This document shows, piece by piece, positions 63,973 to 64,000 of a stretch of 64,000 nt of DNA. Where the stretch lies: contig ADNK01000824.1 in assembly GCA_000320545.1 (NCBI GenBank), positions 62,001 through 126,000 on the forward strand. The letters run 5' to 3'. The stretch's first letter is position 1. Each line of letters opens with the position of its first letter. The notes beneath the pieces were generated by a model. It was given only the letters and a program-made list of their open reading frames with translations, made no database searches and was not told the DNA's origin. A program made the translations under genes and the position numbers. The DNA comes from Bigelowiella natans CCMP2755 (Eukaryota; Protista; Cercozoa).

Positions 63973-64000
63973 AACACACACATTCACTCAAACGCACATC
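63424..64000 (-). CDS. CorA/Mrs2-family Mg2+ transporter, C-terminal part only
   Basis: [30 protein letters not shown] (GMN signature), and a last exon MPELLWKNGYLYFWVMVVGLTTLTIVLML...GYF*. Confidence 0.9.

Overview
Gene-dense eukaryotic nuclear DNA with GT-AG introns, many stuffed with (TA)n/(CA)n/(GA)n/(CAT)n microsatellites. Signal-peptide plus transit-peptide leaders on plastid proteins (uL1c, S4-domain protein) point to an alga with a complex plastid, most likely a chlorarachniophyte such as Bigelowiella (inference). Manual splicing gives about 20 genes: DJ-1/PfpI, plastid S4/YlmH protein, a TOM1/GPR137-like 7TM protein, a CAMK-type kinase with KA1 domain, a class C beta-lactamase-like hydrolase, a DUF4166-DCC1(DUF393) fusion, LSM10, plastid rpl1, mitochondrial rpl36, a CLU+LRR protein, LSM11, a VDAC-family porin, CK2 beta, a pepsin-like protease, a BLUF photoreceptor, a CorA transporter and four hypotheticals. 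Most notable: (1) a VDAC-type beta-barrel with an ER-type signal peptide and a leader ending in RLRGG, head-to-head with a CK2 beta whose leader also contains LRGG (candidate complex-plastid/periplastid pore and cargo); (2) a dually acylated (MGCGAS) BLUF photoreceptor with a second, degenerate BLUF repeat; (3) both U7 snRNP-specific Sm proteins, LSM10 and LSM11, about 14 kb apart; (4) almost perfectly alternating gene orientation, with CTAG/CATG/TGCA-rich convergent spacers. Family calls come from motif recognition, not database searches. Exon boundaries were inferred by eye.
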